DNA of 63,463 nt, counting the filler, from Choristocarpus tenellus KU-1152 (lineage: Eukaryota; Protista; Phaeophyceae): NCBI GenBank assembly GCA_964200185.2. It is 11 parts of 11 records of this genome, joined end to end, with 100 filler letters (N's around TTAATTAATTAA, not from the genome) between each part and the next. Parts side by side here need not be neighbours in the genome. Positions count along the whole stretch, not along the records: positions 26,435 to 34,606 come from CAXNAD020005049.1; positions 34,707 to 38,938 come from CAXNAD020015566.1; positions 39,039 to 46,625 come from CAXNAD020005922.1; 8 more parts are not named here. One strand, written 5' to 3'. Shown here one piece after another: positions 26,879-40,963 of this stretch (its first letter is position 1; the number at the start of each line of letters is the position of its first letter). A program made the translations under genes and the position numbers. Under the pieces are notes generated by a model. It made no database searches and was not told the origin of the DNA. It saw nothing but the letters and a program-made list of their open reading frames with translations.

Positions 26879-29800
26879 ATGGCTGGACAAGCACCCTCTC
26901 CGGCAGCTCTCAGGGTTGCAAGACTTCCGGATGGAAATCCACTGTCATCCATCTTTCTGTCTACCGTCCTTCTGGAGGAGGTGATCGGGTTCGAGGTGGA
27001 TGAGACTTCGATCATCGAAGGACGACACTCTGCAACTTTTAGATTGAGACTCAAATATAGAAATCAAGGCACGTCGATTTGTGGTGGGAGCGTGACACCG
27101 GACACTGTTTATGTCAAGAGGATGGTTTGTCGTGACTTACCTCCGAGACCTTTACACAAATGGCGGTGAGGATATTGGGGACATGTACTATTATTACACC
27201 CCCTTTTTTCCCCTTTCCCGGGTTTTGATCATTTTTTTCTCTCTCCCTTTGCCATAATTGTTGTATCCGACTTTCACTTATAGTAGATGGTGGAGATGGC
27301 ACACAGTATGGCATTGACATATTTCGTTGCAAAATGTGTACATTGAGGCAACCACCAGTGGAGTAGTGTATCAAAGGTTTCGCGGTGGGCGCACCTGCAG
27401 TAGGATATATGTATATATATATAGGGTACATGTAGGGGATGGTAATTTTCAGAACCGTGACGACCAGCCTTTATAGTTGTCGAGTGTGCACGTGCTCTTC
27501 TCCTTTCGCGCGTCTGAACAAGAACTTTTTTTTTTTGCCACAGATCGTGTTCCTCATCTGGCTTCAACACCTCAATCCCCCGTCGAATCGCATCCTTTGC
27601 ACTCTACCTCTGCCCCCCACCCCTTCATCAAAAGCATGAGTATTGCCTCCTACCGTGCTGAAACCAGCTTCTTTCAGAATCTCAGCGACAATGATGCACT
27701 TGGCAATCTTGCACCTCGTTGCTTCTGGGTGCATTGTGATGACCGACTACATGCAAATATGCCTATCCGAAATGTGGATTTGGGGCAGGTCGGTGGCAGT
27801 GATGTATCCTGGGGTAAGAGTAGGTGTGATGAAGATATGGACAGGCGTTTGTGCACGGAGGCAGGTGTAATGAGAGAAGAGGAGGAGGAAGAGGAACGGA
27901 AAATTGATGCTCTTCGCGAGTCTTCCTTCATGTTGATCACAGGTAAGCCTCGTTGATGTGATCTCTTGCTATCATGATGGGCTTGGGTATTGTACTGGAC
28001 ATTTTTAGTGTCACAGAAGCTGGGGGGGATAGCAGGAAGGGCACCACATGTTCTGGAAGATTCCAAACAGTATCAATGTATTCTGTATTGTCTCATGGTA
28101 AAGTCGCATTGACTTCAGTTTGGGTTCAGATCAAGATTATCGTCACTATTTGTACAACTGTTTATGGATGCGTCCATATATTTTAGTCACTATGTTTGCT
28201 ATCTCAAACTGGCAGCACATGGTATTGTCTTTGGAGCTTGCATAGTAACAGAGCTAGTGTTGTGAATTGCCATGATTCGATTGAATCACAATGAATTGAA
28301 ACCAAAAATTGAGGGGTGATTTTCGGTTTGTTATTTTTCATGTAAACGCATGTTGCGTGCACACTTCGATCACAATCAAGCACATTGAATTTTTTCTAGC
28401 TGATCTATTTTATATTTGTTAATGCTTTCAATGCACAACTCTGTACCAAAAAACAACTGCTTTTTGATATTTTGTTTTAGTTTCTTGAAGTATATGATAC
28501 ACTTTGTTGCCGTAAAAACACGGTCAAGAAGAGTGGAAGGTTTCATATACACTCTTTTATATACTTGAGGGACATATTTCATTTATCTGAAACTTCAAGG
28601 CTCAAAGTATCTGGGAGGGGTGGCAGCTGTCCATTTGGGGCTCATTTTTTCCATGTCGCGATTTTTGAGTGATTTGGTTGCATGTGTCGGATGGATAATG
28701 TAAGTTCGTTTCTCCTGGTCAGGGCATGAATGGACACCCTGGTGTAGATGCCCCCCCCCCCCCCCCCCCCCCCTCCTGCCCAGTATCACCTGTTTGTTTT
28801 GTTTGGTGTTTTCTTTTTTTNNNNNNNNNNCATGAATGGACACCCTGGTGTAGATGCCCCCCCCCCCTCCCGGATACTTTGAGCCTAATACCTATGTATT
28901 TTGTTAGTGTGTTTTTCCATATCTGAGTGCTTTTCTCAGCAGCACTTTGGTGCCTGCTGATCTCATCCTTCAAGTGCAATGGTCGTTTTTTTATACTTTT
29001 CTTCAACTTGAGGTACTTTTTTTTATGCAAATGGTCTCTTGATATTAGTAGTTTTGTTTTCCTCGGTTCACATCATTATTTGTGGATATGTATCAATATA
29101 TCTTACCTCATTGACTTCTTTTGACAGCATACTATTTCAAACTTAGGTTATGCCTCGGTGGTAATTGTTCCTCACCCTGCTAATAAAGTTCATTCCTCCT
29201 CTTAAGTACATCACATAGTTACAATATCCAACCAAAACAAATGCAGTGCTTGTTGTGCAGGAATAGATGGGTGAAAGAGATTTGCACCATTGTTGGCTGA
29301 AAGCACAACAGTTGGATCCTCTTCATCCCATGCACTTGATCTATGGTCACCCCACTGAGAATAACACCAAATTTCCTCTGAATCCTCTACCGTGCCCCCC
29401 TCACTCATTGCAAATAGAGGATCTTGGAAGGGGGGATGGATGGGAACAGGTGGGAGCCATGTCTCCTGAGAGAGCCAAGCAAGCCCTGTCCAGCATGGCC
29501 AGGTTCCATGCAATCTTCTGGGGAACAGCTGCCTCCCTCTTGCCCCCCTCCTCGACCACTTCAGTGTCACAGGAGGGGAACAATCCGACCCAAACATTGG
29601 AGACCAATGTAGACAGACCAGGGGGTGAAGGAGGTTTCTTGCGGGGGAGTACGCATAGAGACAATTGTGATGCAGGAAAATCTAAGCAACTACAAGATCA
29701 GGAGGGGAGTTACTCTAGCGGTGTGGAGGGGCACAAGTTGGGTAGGGTTTATGCCCCTGGGCTCCACGAGCACGGTACTTTCTGGTCACTCAATAAGAGG

Positions 29801-32472
29801 GAAGTCAGGGACCTCTCAGAGATGGAGGAGACGTACGCTGCCCTTGTCAAGCGGCTGAGGTCAGGACTACCGGGGCTTTTTGACCGCCAAGGGGCAATGG
29901 AGCTAGGGCGGCGACTGGCTACGAGAGCAAGAGAGCTGGATGATGAGGCGTCAGGACGGCTGAGTTATCTTCAGAGTGGTGAAAGGGGAGAGATTGGCAT
30001 GATTGGGGATGGTGCTGTGACCCACAGGGACAACAGTATTACCAGTGTTGCAAAGGCTGGGGTTAGGAATGGCTCTGGAGTGGAATCCAGAGCCAGGGAT
30101 GATACTCTGTGCAAGTCTGGTGATGATGATATGGGGGAAGTACGTGACTGCAGTACTGCTCGTAGAGGCAGCAAGTGTGCGGTCAGTGGCAGGTGGGGTC
30201 GTTGTGACAACAGGCATGTGAATGGGAGAACACTTCTTCATGGTGATCCCAAGACATGGAACATGTTTTTTAAAATGAGCAATGGTGGAGTTGGCAACGA
30301 TGGAGCTGGGGCTGGCGGAGTGAAGTTTATCGACTGGCAGGTAAGCCAGGAATATTCTCTTGATGTGAACGTGTTGTATTACTACGTGTTGGGGTGTTTG
30401 TGTGTTGCATTCCTTTTTGTGTTGGGGGGTGCCGTGGCATGCGGGGGGAGGTATGAGACGTGGTATATATTTTGGCTTTGTAACCATTTTTCCTGTCTGA
30501 GGAGAGATGTATTGTGTACAGAGAATCAGCAGAACTCCATGGCCCCTTGGCACTCACTCTGGTTTTGCATCTATTTTGAGGTTGGCTCTGGCGTTCCAAA
30601 AATAGGGTTATGGTTTTGTTTTGTAGATATGGTTTGTGTCCAAGAATGAAACCCTGTTGGCAGTGCATGTCAAATTCATTGTACTGTTCGATTTAAATAG
30701 ATAGCGTTACACCACTTCACCTGTCCTTGATGTTCTCACTTGTGGAAACTATCGCACGGTTTCTGGATTCGTTGTGGCCCACCGGGCTATGTATTCAAAA
30801 TTAACGTGTTCATTGGTTCTCCTGCACACCATCGTTAAATTTAAATTCAAATTTAACGGTTTGCGACCATTGTCATTTCTGTGGACAACAACCGTGGAAG
30901 GGCAATGTTGTCATCCCTGTTGACCACCGGGAAACGAGGTATTAATCCAGCTGTAACTGTGCTGTCAAAAACAGGACTCTAACCGTGGACCAGAAAAAAG
31001 AAGAAGAGTGTACCGTGAGGTGGAACGAACAGTGCAATCGTGGTGTAACTGTTCCGAAAAATATTTTCTGTTTGTTTATGTCACTTTTTTTTTTTTCCTA
31101 GAGCCGAAACTCACTGTTGAAACTCCCTAAAACCCTACTAACTGTCTCTTGCCGTGGCAAAATAGAAAGGCAGCCGTTGTGGATGCGTCAACTTATCTCA
31201 CACCTGACGGTTATAAATCTTAGCGGGCAGTTACAAACCTTATCGGTCAGAAACTAACGACTGAACGGTGCGCGTACAACGGTTTATCACCCTGGAAGGC
31301 TTTTGTAGGTGTGTGTGTGTGTGTGTGTTTGTGTGTCATGTTTGTGTATCATGTTTGTGTTAGTTGAGAAGGATGACCCCCAAAGGGAGATCTCTCCTCC
31401 CTGTATCGAGCTGTAGTTCTGACAACCGCCGGGTGAGTAGCCACACATACCTTCCTTGTCTGGTCCTCGCAGATCTTGGAGAGTGGCCCGTTTTGCGTTG
31501 GTCAACACGCAAACGGGATACTGCACTCTGCGCTTCTTACCCACAGAGTCTTGGTGCAATTACAGTGTAATAACCGCAATATCCAGGTCTGAACGACATG
31601 TGAAGGACAGAAAGTTTTTTGAGTGAGGTCTTATTTCTTTTCCATGTGAAGGACCTGACTGCCCCCGAGCTTTTGTTGGTGGAGGGCAACTTTTTTTAAT
31701 GAAATGCTCATCATCCCACTTTTGCGTGTGAAGTAAGTGTTGGCGCAAACTCATCGAAGATAGAATTTTCCTACTGTTTTTTGTGTATTTTTTTCTTCAG
31801 AGGACAACAATATATATATATATACTTTTTTTTCATGGGGATGGGTTTCAGGGACAGCGTTCTCGGAGCCTGCAAGAGACGCATCGAGTGAGAGGCTCAC
31901 TCACACTGTTCTAGATCAAAATATTTGCCTCTCTCTCTATCTGCAGTGTACCCCCCCTGTTGGTGTTCAAAGTGTCGAGCAATATGCGGTTGTGAATTGA
32001 GGGCATTTTTTGTGAGTACGTGTTGAACTGATCTTGAAAACAATCTACGTGCTTTTTGATGTTTAGACTCCTGTGTGAAGCGCAGAGCGCCACGGGGCTT
32101 CCAAGAACGAAGCGAGCAGTGCATGCTTTCATGAAAAAAAAAAGAAGTCAATTGAAAGGTACACATCAATTTGTCAGTTTTGATTCATTGCATTTTAAAA
32201 CGGAAGAGGATATATCTCTTCAATGTCACTAGTGAAGGTGGCACGTGGGAAAAGGTACTCTGTACATGCACATGTTTTTTTAATATTTATTTTTATTTGT
32301 GTATTTCGAATGCTACCACTGCTACTTGTATTTCTCATTTGTTAAAACATTTTACATTTTTTAGTAATTTAATTTACATATCACTTCCCTCCCGTGCCCT
32401 CCCCCCCCCNNNNNNNNNNTTTTTTTTTTTTTTTTAAAAATATTTTTCTTTTTTTTTTTATTTTTTTTACAT

Positions 32473-32511
<39 letters not shown>

Positions 32512-34512
32512 TTTTACTGGCCAAAACAGCCCACCCACGACACTACTGATCATACTTTTTTGTTCCTAACAGGAACAATCGAGTCTGATTTAGCTTGTAC
32601 AGATCATATCTATTGTCACACCACTCAATGATGGCTTGACCCAATTGTGCAATGTTTAGCTTGGAGGTGTTTGCTGTGGGGCCTTCTATATGGATTGATT
32701 TTGTTCTTTATTTTTGTAACAGTTATGTTCTTAGTGACAGAAAGCTCTCCGTAAGCTGACCCCCCCTTTTTTAATTTATCGCTTGGCAATAAATCATTTT
32801 TTTTTTTTGAAGTTGAAAAAAGGAACCTCTTCGTACAAAAGTGTACAGTTGACAGTTACCAAAATGTTGCTGTTCTGTGAAAAAGAAAAGTTGAACATAA
32901 GAGAAGATCTGCCCCTGAGTCAATGAATCGTGTATTGTCCGTACTGCTCAATAGCTTGCATCGCCCCTTCAGAACTGGAACGAGATGTGAATACCTCTAC
33001 AGCACCGATTTGTATTGTATCGATGCATTCGTTCGTGAGTCAATCAACCCAACCTAGTCACAGGGAGTGGGACGTAAGAACATTCGGAAAGTTCCTCTTG
33101 CCCATCAGGCAGATTTCTGGACCTTTTTCTTAGATGCGAGTGGTGAAGCTTGCTTCCTACCCAATGCGAGACCTCCACAAAACGATTTTAAAATATGTGG
33201 GAGCAGGGATGGGGTGGGGGCGTGGGAGGGGGTGGGGTGGGGGTACAATACTGTTGCACAGCCGATTGGTTCTTTCTGGAAGAATACAATTGAAGGGCTT
33301 GATTTGATGTTTCTCATCCTTGTTCAGCACAGCACAGGAAGTGCTCCCAAATCTTGCTTGAGGTTTAGGGTTTACACGGAGCACACAAACACACCATTTT
33401 TGTTTTCATAGGTGCATGTGACCACATGATCTTCTTGATTTTGTTTCCCCCCCCCTCCCCCCCGCCTGAGGTCTATGTGGCTCTTTGGGAGAGCATGCAT
33501 GTGTTGAGTGTTCTTATCTGGATTCCCTCCCTAGCCCTGGGACAAAGTAGACGAGCCGACATTGAAAATCATCAGATCGAATTTTGCCTTAATCTGTCAG
33601 TCCCTTTGCAAACTTCATGCTTTTTTGGCTCCTGCCCCCTTTCCCTCCTCCCCCCCTCCAACCTCCCCAACTAAAACTACGCATTTTTTGGGGGGGGGGG
33701 ATGTACAGCTTTCCACCCCTTGGGTGATAAGGTAAAAGTGTGACTGTTGCCCGAATCGAAGCTACCGATCGCTGTAAATTTTGTAAGAGTAAAAACAGTA
33801 CAGAGATAAAAGTGAATGCACACACGTGGAAGATGAGGGACAGCAGAGAGTCATCTCTTATCCAGGGTATCTTCTGAATATTTTCTGGTGGGAACAGGGT
33901 TGCCTTCTGTCAGATTTACCAGAGTGCACAGCACAGTGTTGTCGTTCATCACACAACAAGGACCCTAGCTGACAAGTCAGTCAGCCAGGCACAATATCAT
34001 TTTTTATCAGGGTGTGCTAGATACGCGTGTTTTCTAGGAAGCACCTGAAAAAAGCCCTACTAGAACAGGGCTCTACTTCCCAAGAAGCAGTCAACTCTGG
34101 TGACTTTCATAGAGCTCCATCTCGCTTCCCAAATGCATTCATCAACCCCCGTTCCCGTTCCATTCCTATACTCTTTGTCTATCACTTACTGTGAAAAGTG
34201 GTGTGGAGAAGGATTGGCATGTTCTGATGTGGCCTACATGATGTGCACAAGCCTGGAACCTAAGACGTTGGAGCTGGAAGGGACACTGCTGCGACACTAT
34301 CACAAGGAGCTCGAGCAGGTCCTGTTTGAGAAGCTTGGCCCTGCGCCTATTGACATGGGATCCTGTTATGGCAACAGCAGTGGTGATGGAATAGACTGTG
34401 GAAGTTGCAGAAGAGGAGGAGGAGGTGGTGGTGAAGGTGATGTGAAGGGAGGGCACTATCCCTACGCTGTGTTTATGAAGGACTACCGAGTGGCTTTCCT
34501 GAACTATGTCAG
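26879..34512 (+). CDS. Ecdysteroid-kinase-like / APH-choline kinase superfamily phosphotransferase (3' end missing)
   Basis: Phase-compatible exons 26879-27165 (VYVKR), 27635-27942 (SYRAETSFF...FMLIT), 29418-30340 (EDL...MARFHA...TLLHGDPKTWNMFF...FIDWQ), 34199-34512 (WCGEGLACSDVAYMM...LLRHYH). Contains the HGDxxxxN and DWQ Brenner-type motifs. Confidence 0.8.
28599..28885 (+). mobile_element. MITE family 2 (G-rich TIRs), intronic; contains an assembly gap and a duplicated segment
   Basis: TIRs GGCTCAAAGTATCTGGG / CCCGGATACTTTGAGCC; subterminal GTCCATTTGGGG; the interior aligns with the inverted copy at 34707-34875. Confidence 0.75.
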
Positions 34513-34706
34513 GTGGGTGTTACACGGTCCGGGTTTAAAATAGGAGCCTTTTTGCATGGTGTTCAGGGGCAGATTGTGTCGAGCACTTGAGGAAATTTCC
34601 CTTGGGNNNNNNNNNNNNNNNNNNNNNNNNNNNNNNNNNNNNNNNNNNNNTTAATTAATTAANNNNNNNNNNNNNNNNNNNNNNNNNNNNNNNNNNNNNN
34701 NNNNNN

Positions 34707-34875
34707 GGGGGGGGGGGGGGGGGGGGGTCTACACCAGAGTGTCCATTTGGACCAAAACCAGGAAAAGTGCACTTTCATTATCCGTCCAATGTATGGAACC
34801 AAATCACCCAAACATCGCGATATGAAATGTTGGTCCCAAATGGACAGCCGCCACCCCCCTCAGGTACTTTGACCC
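34707..34875 (-). mobile_element. MITE family 2, inverted copy at contig start
   Basis: The reverse complement reads GGGTCAAAGTACCTGAGGGGGGTGGCGGCTGTCCATTTGGG...CAAATGGACACTCTGGTGTAGACCCC, collinear with the 28599 copy. Confidence 0.75.
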
Positions 34876-36220
34876 TCATAATGGTGTTTATGAAACCGCC
34901 ATCAAGACATATCGCCTGTAACAAATGCACGGGTTTGAAAAGATGAAGTTCATATTTTGTTTTCATAGAAATTCGATTTTATGAACTCCATGATGAACTA
35001 ATCAGAACGATACACCTGTAACCTCCTCTGCGTCGCTAAATCACAAAAAAAAACTGGAAAACGTTGATCTTAGCAGCAAGGTTTCATTGCCGCCAAGTGA
35101 GTTCTATACAACAGTGGAACGATGAGGGGTGGATTGACTGAACCCAATGCGCGAGAAAAACGAAAAGCACACACATGGTGGTGCAATTAGTTGTAGTGTA
35201 ACAGTAAATTTGTAGTTGATGAGAGAAGTAGTGATGCATGTGTGTTTAGGACCTCTGGTCACATGTGGGCCTAGTTGAGGTTGAGCTAGGTTCCTTGTTC
35301 CGGACTAATAATGCAGAGATTAATGCAAGAAAAAATACCAAAACATCAATATTTTGGGGGGGAAACATACATAGGGCACACCATGTGATGGCTGTAACAC
35401 TCTAGTTCTAAGAATAAGTAGCATATGCTATGCTCTATATGTTGCCTTTTTAGTGTCACATTCAATTCAGAGTACCTAACACACATTAAGATGTTATGGC
35501 ACCAATTGTTGTGTTGTTACATTATTTGATGGGATACAACACCATGTTATTAACACTACTTCAGAACACTCTCCAAAGTGTTGTGATAGCACACCATTGT
35601 TAGTACTTGGAATATACATATATTGCTGCGCTGTCACATAAATATACATGAGAATAATTTTGATCTCACCCTCTCTCCCCCAAAAAGTGCTACATGGCAT
35701 TACATCACAATTGTTGCGCTGCAATATAATCCTACAGACTAACGCTGCCGTTGAGCATTGTCCAAATTGTCGTGATGGCATAACATTAATTCTCGTATGT
35801 TAAGTGCGTGTTTACACACAACGTTGTATATTACACAGAATCAACAAGATTTGTCAACCAAGTGTTGTGACATAAATTGATCTTTTTCTTAATAATTGAA
35901 CTATCACTTCTGTGTTTTCGCTGCTACTACTGCTATACTACTACTGCTGCTGCTGATGCTCTACATGCTGTGAAAATGTTTTCCTAGGTATTGACGAACA
36001 TCCTGCTTAGTAATCTGATCATGCTACCATTGACTCCCATGAATGGGCATTTGAGATTGCTGCACAAGGCATACACTCAAAAGTATATACTTCAAACTAT
36101 ACATCATGGGTCGAGTTCTCCATGGCATGGAGAAACCATGCAAAAAATAAACTGAACAGAGAGATGATTGTTTGGTACTGCTACTGCCTCTCCACAAAGC
36201 TCAGTAAGTAATGCAATAAA

Positions 36221-36478
36221 GACTCCAAGTGTCTTAGAGGGTAGAGTCGCGTCCAAAATCCAATGTTGCGATTTTGATGTAATCTTGGCTATCGTGTTTG
36301 TTGTTAGGAAGTATCAATATCCTTGTTCCGGATACACCTTTTCATAACGTATACATCTTACCTACTCTGGAATGGTATTGGAGTAGGTAAAATGTGACAT
36401 CAAAAAACATACGGGAAGCCAAGCCCCAAACGGGCAAACATGGCAAAACTCGTACCCTTTAATAAGGTACTTTCTCTC
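36221..36478 (+). mobile_element. MITE family 1, diverged copy
   Basis: GACTCCAAGTGTCTTAGAGGGTAGAG...CTCGTACCCTTTAATAAGGTACTTTCTCTC; no clean TSD. Confidence 0.8.
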
Positions 36479-37305
36479 AACCTTAGTATTAGTGTGAGGA
36501 AGAGGGGTCTCAAACTCGTCCGTGGTCAAAACATAGCTATCCAGGGGAATTCCGTAGCGTAGGGGTGGGGGGTGTTTAGGCTAGACTGTCCATTTGGGGC
36601 TTGATAGCGTGTTGTATGATACTCCGGTCTTATGCCTGCTCTGCAAGTGATTTTTTCTTCGGATTTGGTTCAGGCAACTGGATGAAAAAAAATGGTGCAT
36701 TCAGAAGAAGAAAATCGCCCTTGCACCTGACACTTTCGCTCCGATGACACGAAAACCACTACAGGTTCACACAGATCCCGAATGGAAGACTGACCCCCCC
36801 TCTGTGATATAATGAGTTGTAAAAACAGAAAGCTAGAAAGAAAGAAAGGTAGAAAGAAAGAAGGAAAGAGGGGTCGCCGGCAGTCAAGAAAACCAAGGCT
36901 AATATCTGGGACAGGACATGTAGACACAGCATGGAGGGATTCCGACCATAGCTGAGGCGTTTGCATTATTTGATGTTTGGAGCATATGTGATCCTTGACT
37001 GGATCTATGCTCACTCCTTTAACAAATAACAGAGCTGTAAGCCCCAATGTGGGGTGGAGTCCTTACATGCCTTCATAGTTCAGTTCCTGTGGTTGAACAG
37101 TCTACAGACACTATCAACTATGTTGTCCTTTGAGAATAAAGGAAAATTTAGTGTCACACCCGATTCATCCAATCGGAACAGCACCCATCACATATCATAC
37201 ATATCAGTTGAAGGAAAGGAGAGCTCAAGGACAACTAATCAAAAGGATGGACTCAATAGGAAAGCAACATTCAGCAGGCAGTGGTGAGTGTGCATGCTCC
37301 CTGAT

Positions 37306-37562
37306 GAGTCAAAGTATCTTAGAGGGTAGAGCCGTGTACATTTGGGGGGCAAAAATCCAATGTTCCGATTTTGATGTAATTTGGGTATCGTGTTCGTTAG
37401 GAAGTGTCAACATCCTTGTTCCGGACACACCTTTTCATAACGTATACATTTTCCTACTCTGAAACATTTTGGAGTAGAAAAATGTCAGAAAAAACCCGTG
37501 AGAAGCGAACCCCCAAACGGACTAACAGGGTGAGACTTGTACCCTCTAAGATACTTTCACTC
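37306..37562 (+). mobile_element. MITE family 1, full copy, TSD TGAT
   Basis: Same TIRs as the 15610 copy; TGAT on both sides. Confidence 0.9.
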
Positions 37563-40500
37563 TGATCTGCTTGGGCTGCCGAATACAACTGTGGGGCAAG
37601 AACTTGCTGAGGTTTTGGAACTGGAAGTTGAAACATGAACCGTGGAATCCAGATCCACTTTTTGAAAAAGGAATCTGAAACCGTAAGACATTTACTACCC
37701 ATGATTGTCTCGAACGCGATCCGAAATATTACGAATTTTTGACGAAACGAAAATGACGTCACGTTACCTTGAATTGAACCGAGACGTCCAATGGTATGTT
37801 CGTTGATGTGGACCGCATCACACATACATCTCCAAGAAGCTTCTCTAGAGTTTCAAAACAAGTCGTATCTCACGTGGATCTGTTTTATTGTTATTTATTC
37901 CAGAACCAAACCAACCTCAAATAGGAGACAACACACATTCTCAGCCTAGTTTTCCGCACAATACTACATCTCAGGTGACCTTAAACACGATTTTTTTCGC
38001 CATTTCTCTCCACCAGTATCGAGTTTTTTTTAAATGTAAAACAACAGTACTATTTGTAGTTGTTTATAGGAAATGAACATGTAAGGGATCATCAGGTCTA
38101 TGTCTCTCTATATCATAAAAAGATATGCATACGGAGTAGACAACAGTTCGCAGGTAGGTGTAGTTTGTGCATCCTTGTTCGCTTGCTTGTTGTGCCCTCA
38201 AGTTAAAAGCTTAGGAGACGGGGGTGCTCTCTGAAACTGGGAAGATTAAGGCTACAGTCAATCGGTCACGGCCTGCTCGAGTTGGTGGCATCACTGCCCC
38301 TCCCATGAGCTCTGCAAGTCGATAGATCGGTTCCAATTCGGGGTCACTCCCCTCTCCACTCTGGGTGTATGCATCACTTACATGCATCAATTGGCAGCGA
38401 GGTTGAAGTATAGAGCTCCATGTACACATATTGCCATAGTTGCATGCTGTTCAGTTGGTGTGGTGATACTAACAGCCTGCTGTACCCTCTCTTAGGTCAG
38501 ATTTGACTCATTGAGATATATATTCTCATCCATGGTGGGTTGCAGCTTCTCACGACTAATCTCAAGTCAGTTTACTCTGTGCAACATAAGCTGATAGTCT
38601 ATATGGTTTATACGTGTTTAGTGAACACTACGAGACAACAAGAATGTTGGCTAAGTGGAGTAAGTGTCATTGACATATTGTTCGTGCGCGTAAAGTAACG
38701 AGGTCGAATCTCAGATGATGGATTTCTTATTGCTTGATATAAATGGACTGATGGAGGAGTTCTGACATAGTATTAGCTACACAGGATAAGTGACATAGTA
38801 CGATGTAATGACAGGCACGTTTTGATGTGTCAGCTGATGATGAGTCAGCTGATAAATGTATTAAACAATAAGATAATAAGAGAGAGCACCCCCCACCACC
38901 GAGGGCTGTGCTCACTCCGCTAATAAACATATCCATACNNNNNNNNNNNNNNNNNNNNNNNNNNNNNNNNNNNNNNNNNNNNTTAATTAATTAANNNNNN
39001 NNNNNNNNNNNNNNNNNNNNNNNNNNNNNNNNNNNNNNACACTCTACGTCTGTTACAAATGTTCGTATTTCCTGAAACATAAGAAGAAAATGCTCGCGCT
39101 ATTCGCGTGTAACAAACGTTTGCACTTCGTTGAAATACAAGAAGAAAAGCTCGCGCTATTCGCCTGTAACATATTCTCCATGTGCAATCTACTGGCCACT
39201 ACGTCCTCCCGATCGATATAGATTTTGCTTTCTCACGGCTGCATCGTGGAAATATCTTCCACACGAATCTTCTATGCTGATTCCTCAGCAGGATCTCTCC
39301 GAAGTTTGACGCCCCACCACACTGTGACATGGGCGGGGTGGTGTACACTGCAAGGAATATTAATCTCCTTGGCCACGCATGTGAACACCCTCAACAGCAT
39401 AATCCTATGCTGCCCATTGAGGCAATACAAAGTGTTATCCACATTGGTCTGATCCCTTTGAAATTCTAATGAATAATGTGATTTAGATTAGGTTTGCTGC
39501 ACAAAGAATATCCATATCACCACTGTTTTCCCACCAATATTTAATGAACTTCCAAAACGTTTCCTAATATAAATACAGTAGTAGTAGAAAGTAGTACACG
39601 CAGAACCTAGCTGGTAGTATGAGAAGGTGACAGCATCAACTGAGAAGCCCTTACATGTCTTGTTGTATCAACAGTACAATTTGATGTACTAGTTCAGTGA
39701 AATCGCATAATTGAAACCAAACTTTGGTGAAAAGAAGAATTGAAGGAGGGGTTCGAACCCTGGAAATTAATGCAGGTAACAGTTATGTTGTTCTGTTGGT
39801 GGGTCAACAACTATGGGAAATGACGATCGGAGAACTTCCTTTTCTGAAAGGATACCTTCTCAACCCGCTCGTCAATTTCCAGTCATAATTATAAAGTGGA
39901 GATACTGGTTTAGGAGGTATTAGTAGTATAATATTTGATAGCGGGAAAACTGGAAAACTTTAGGGTCCTGAATACAGTCACCAGATGTCTACAAACAAGA
40001 ACAGAATAATGAGTAATGATATTTAGATTAGGTTTTCTGTACGGAGCATATCCATATCTTCACCGTTATTCGGCATACCAGTATCTACCAGTAATTTATT
40101 ACATGCAAAACGTTTTCTAATACAACAGTAAGTAGGTAGGTTGTACACGGCAGAACCTGTTCCCGATGCGACACTTACAGTAGTTAATAGTAGTGATACC
40201 CTCTTCTACATCAACCAAAAAACAGTCACAACCACTACTCACTACCTATTTCGCACAACTCCTTTCCCAGTCTACTATTCACCTGGAACATTGCCACCTC
40301 TACCCCTCAACGGATCCCGAGGAACAACCTCACGTGCCCCCATCGACTACAGACGAGGCAGATATTGGACCAAGAGGGGCTGGTAGTGAAGGGGTTGTAG
40401 GCAATGATGTTTCGTCTATCGTTGGTTGTGGGGGTTCTTGCCCTTCTCTCAAGGGTTATGAGCCAAGTCTCTGTGGATATGCAGCCTTGCATTCTCGCTT

Positions 40501-40963
40501 CAGGCGCATTGGTGAGGGGATGATGGAAATAAACGGCTTTGCTCTATGTTCGTCGGTTGCTACGCCTGCTTCGGGGTTGTCAAGTTCGGGGGTGTTCATG
40601 TTCTCCAGTGATATCTCGATGTCCCGTACTCTTCCGTATGTCTTCCACGTCGTTATGTTGTGTGCACTACAATACTCGAGCTAGACACACACCTCCATCT
40701 AAGATATCCCCATCGCATACCCTCAACAATAGGATCCTGGAACGTCAGCTGTGGGAGATGCGTACTTGATGTCGCAATGGTATAAAGGCTTTTGGTCTGC
40801 TGCCCAGGTTCGTGATCGGGGTTTATGCGGGTTGTCCTCAAGATTGTTAGTTGCATGGTGTAGTGTGCTGAACGAAAACCTTCTGAACCTGTCCGTTCCA
40901 CTGTCTATGTCTGATACGATCGTGGGTGTGTTTGCGTGAAGAACGTGATCGTTGCTCCCACAG

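Noticed and set aside
28725-28870. Duplicated CATGAATGGACACCCTGGTGTAGATGCCCC on either side of a 10-N gap
   Set aside because: Most likely overlapping contig ends at a poly-C tract, not a real tandem duplication.
39745-39763. tRNA gene suggested by GGTTCGAACC
   Set aside because: No cloverleaf or matching A-box could be built around it.
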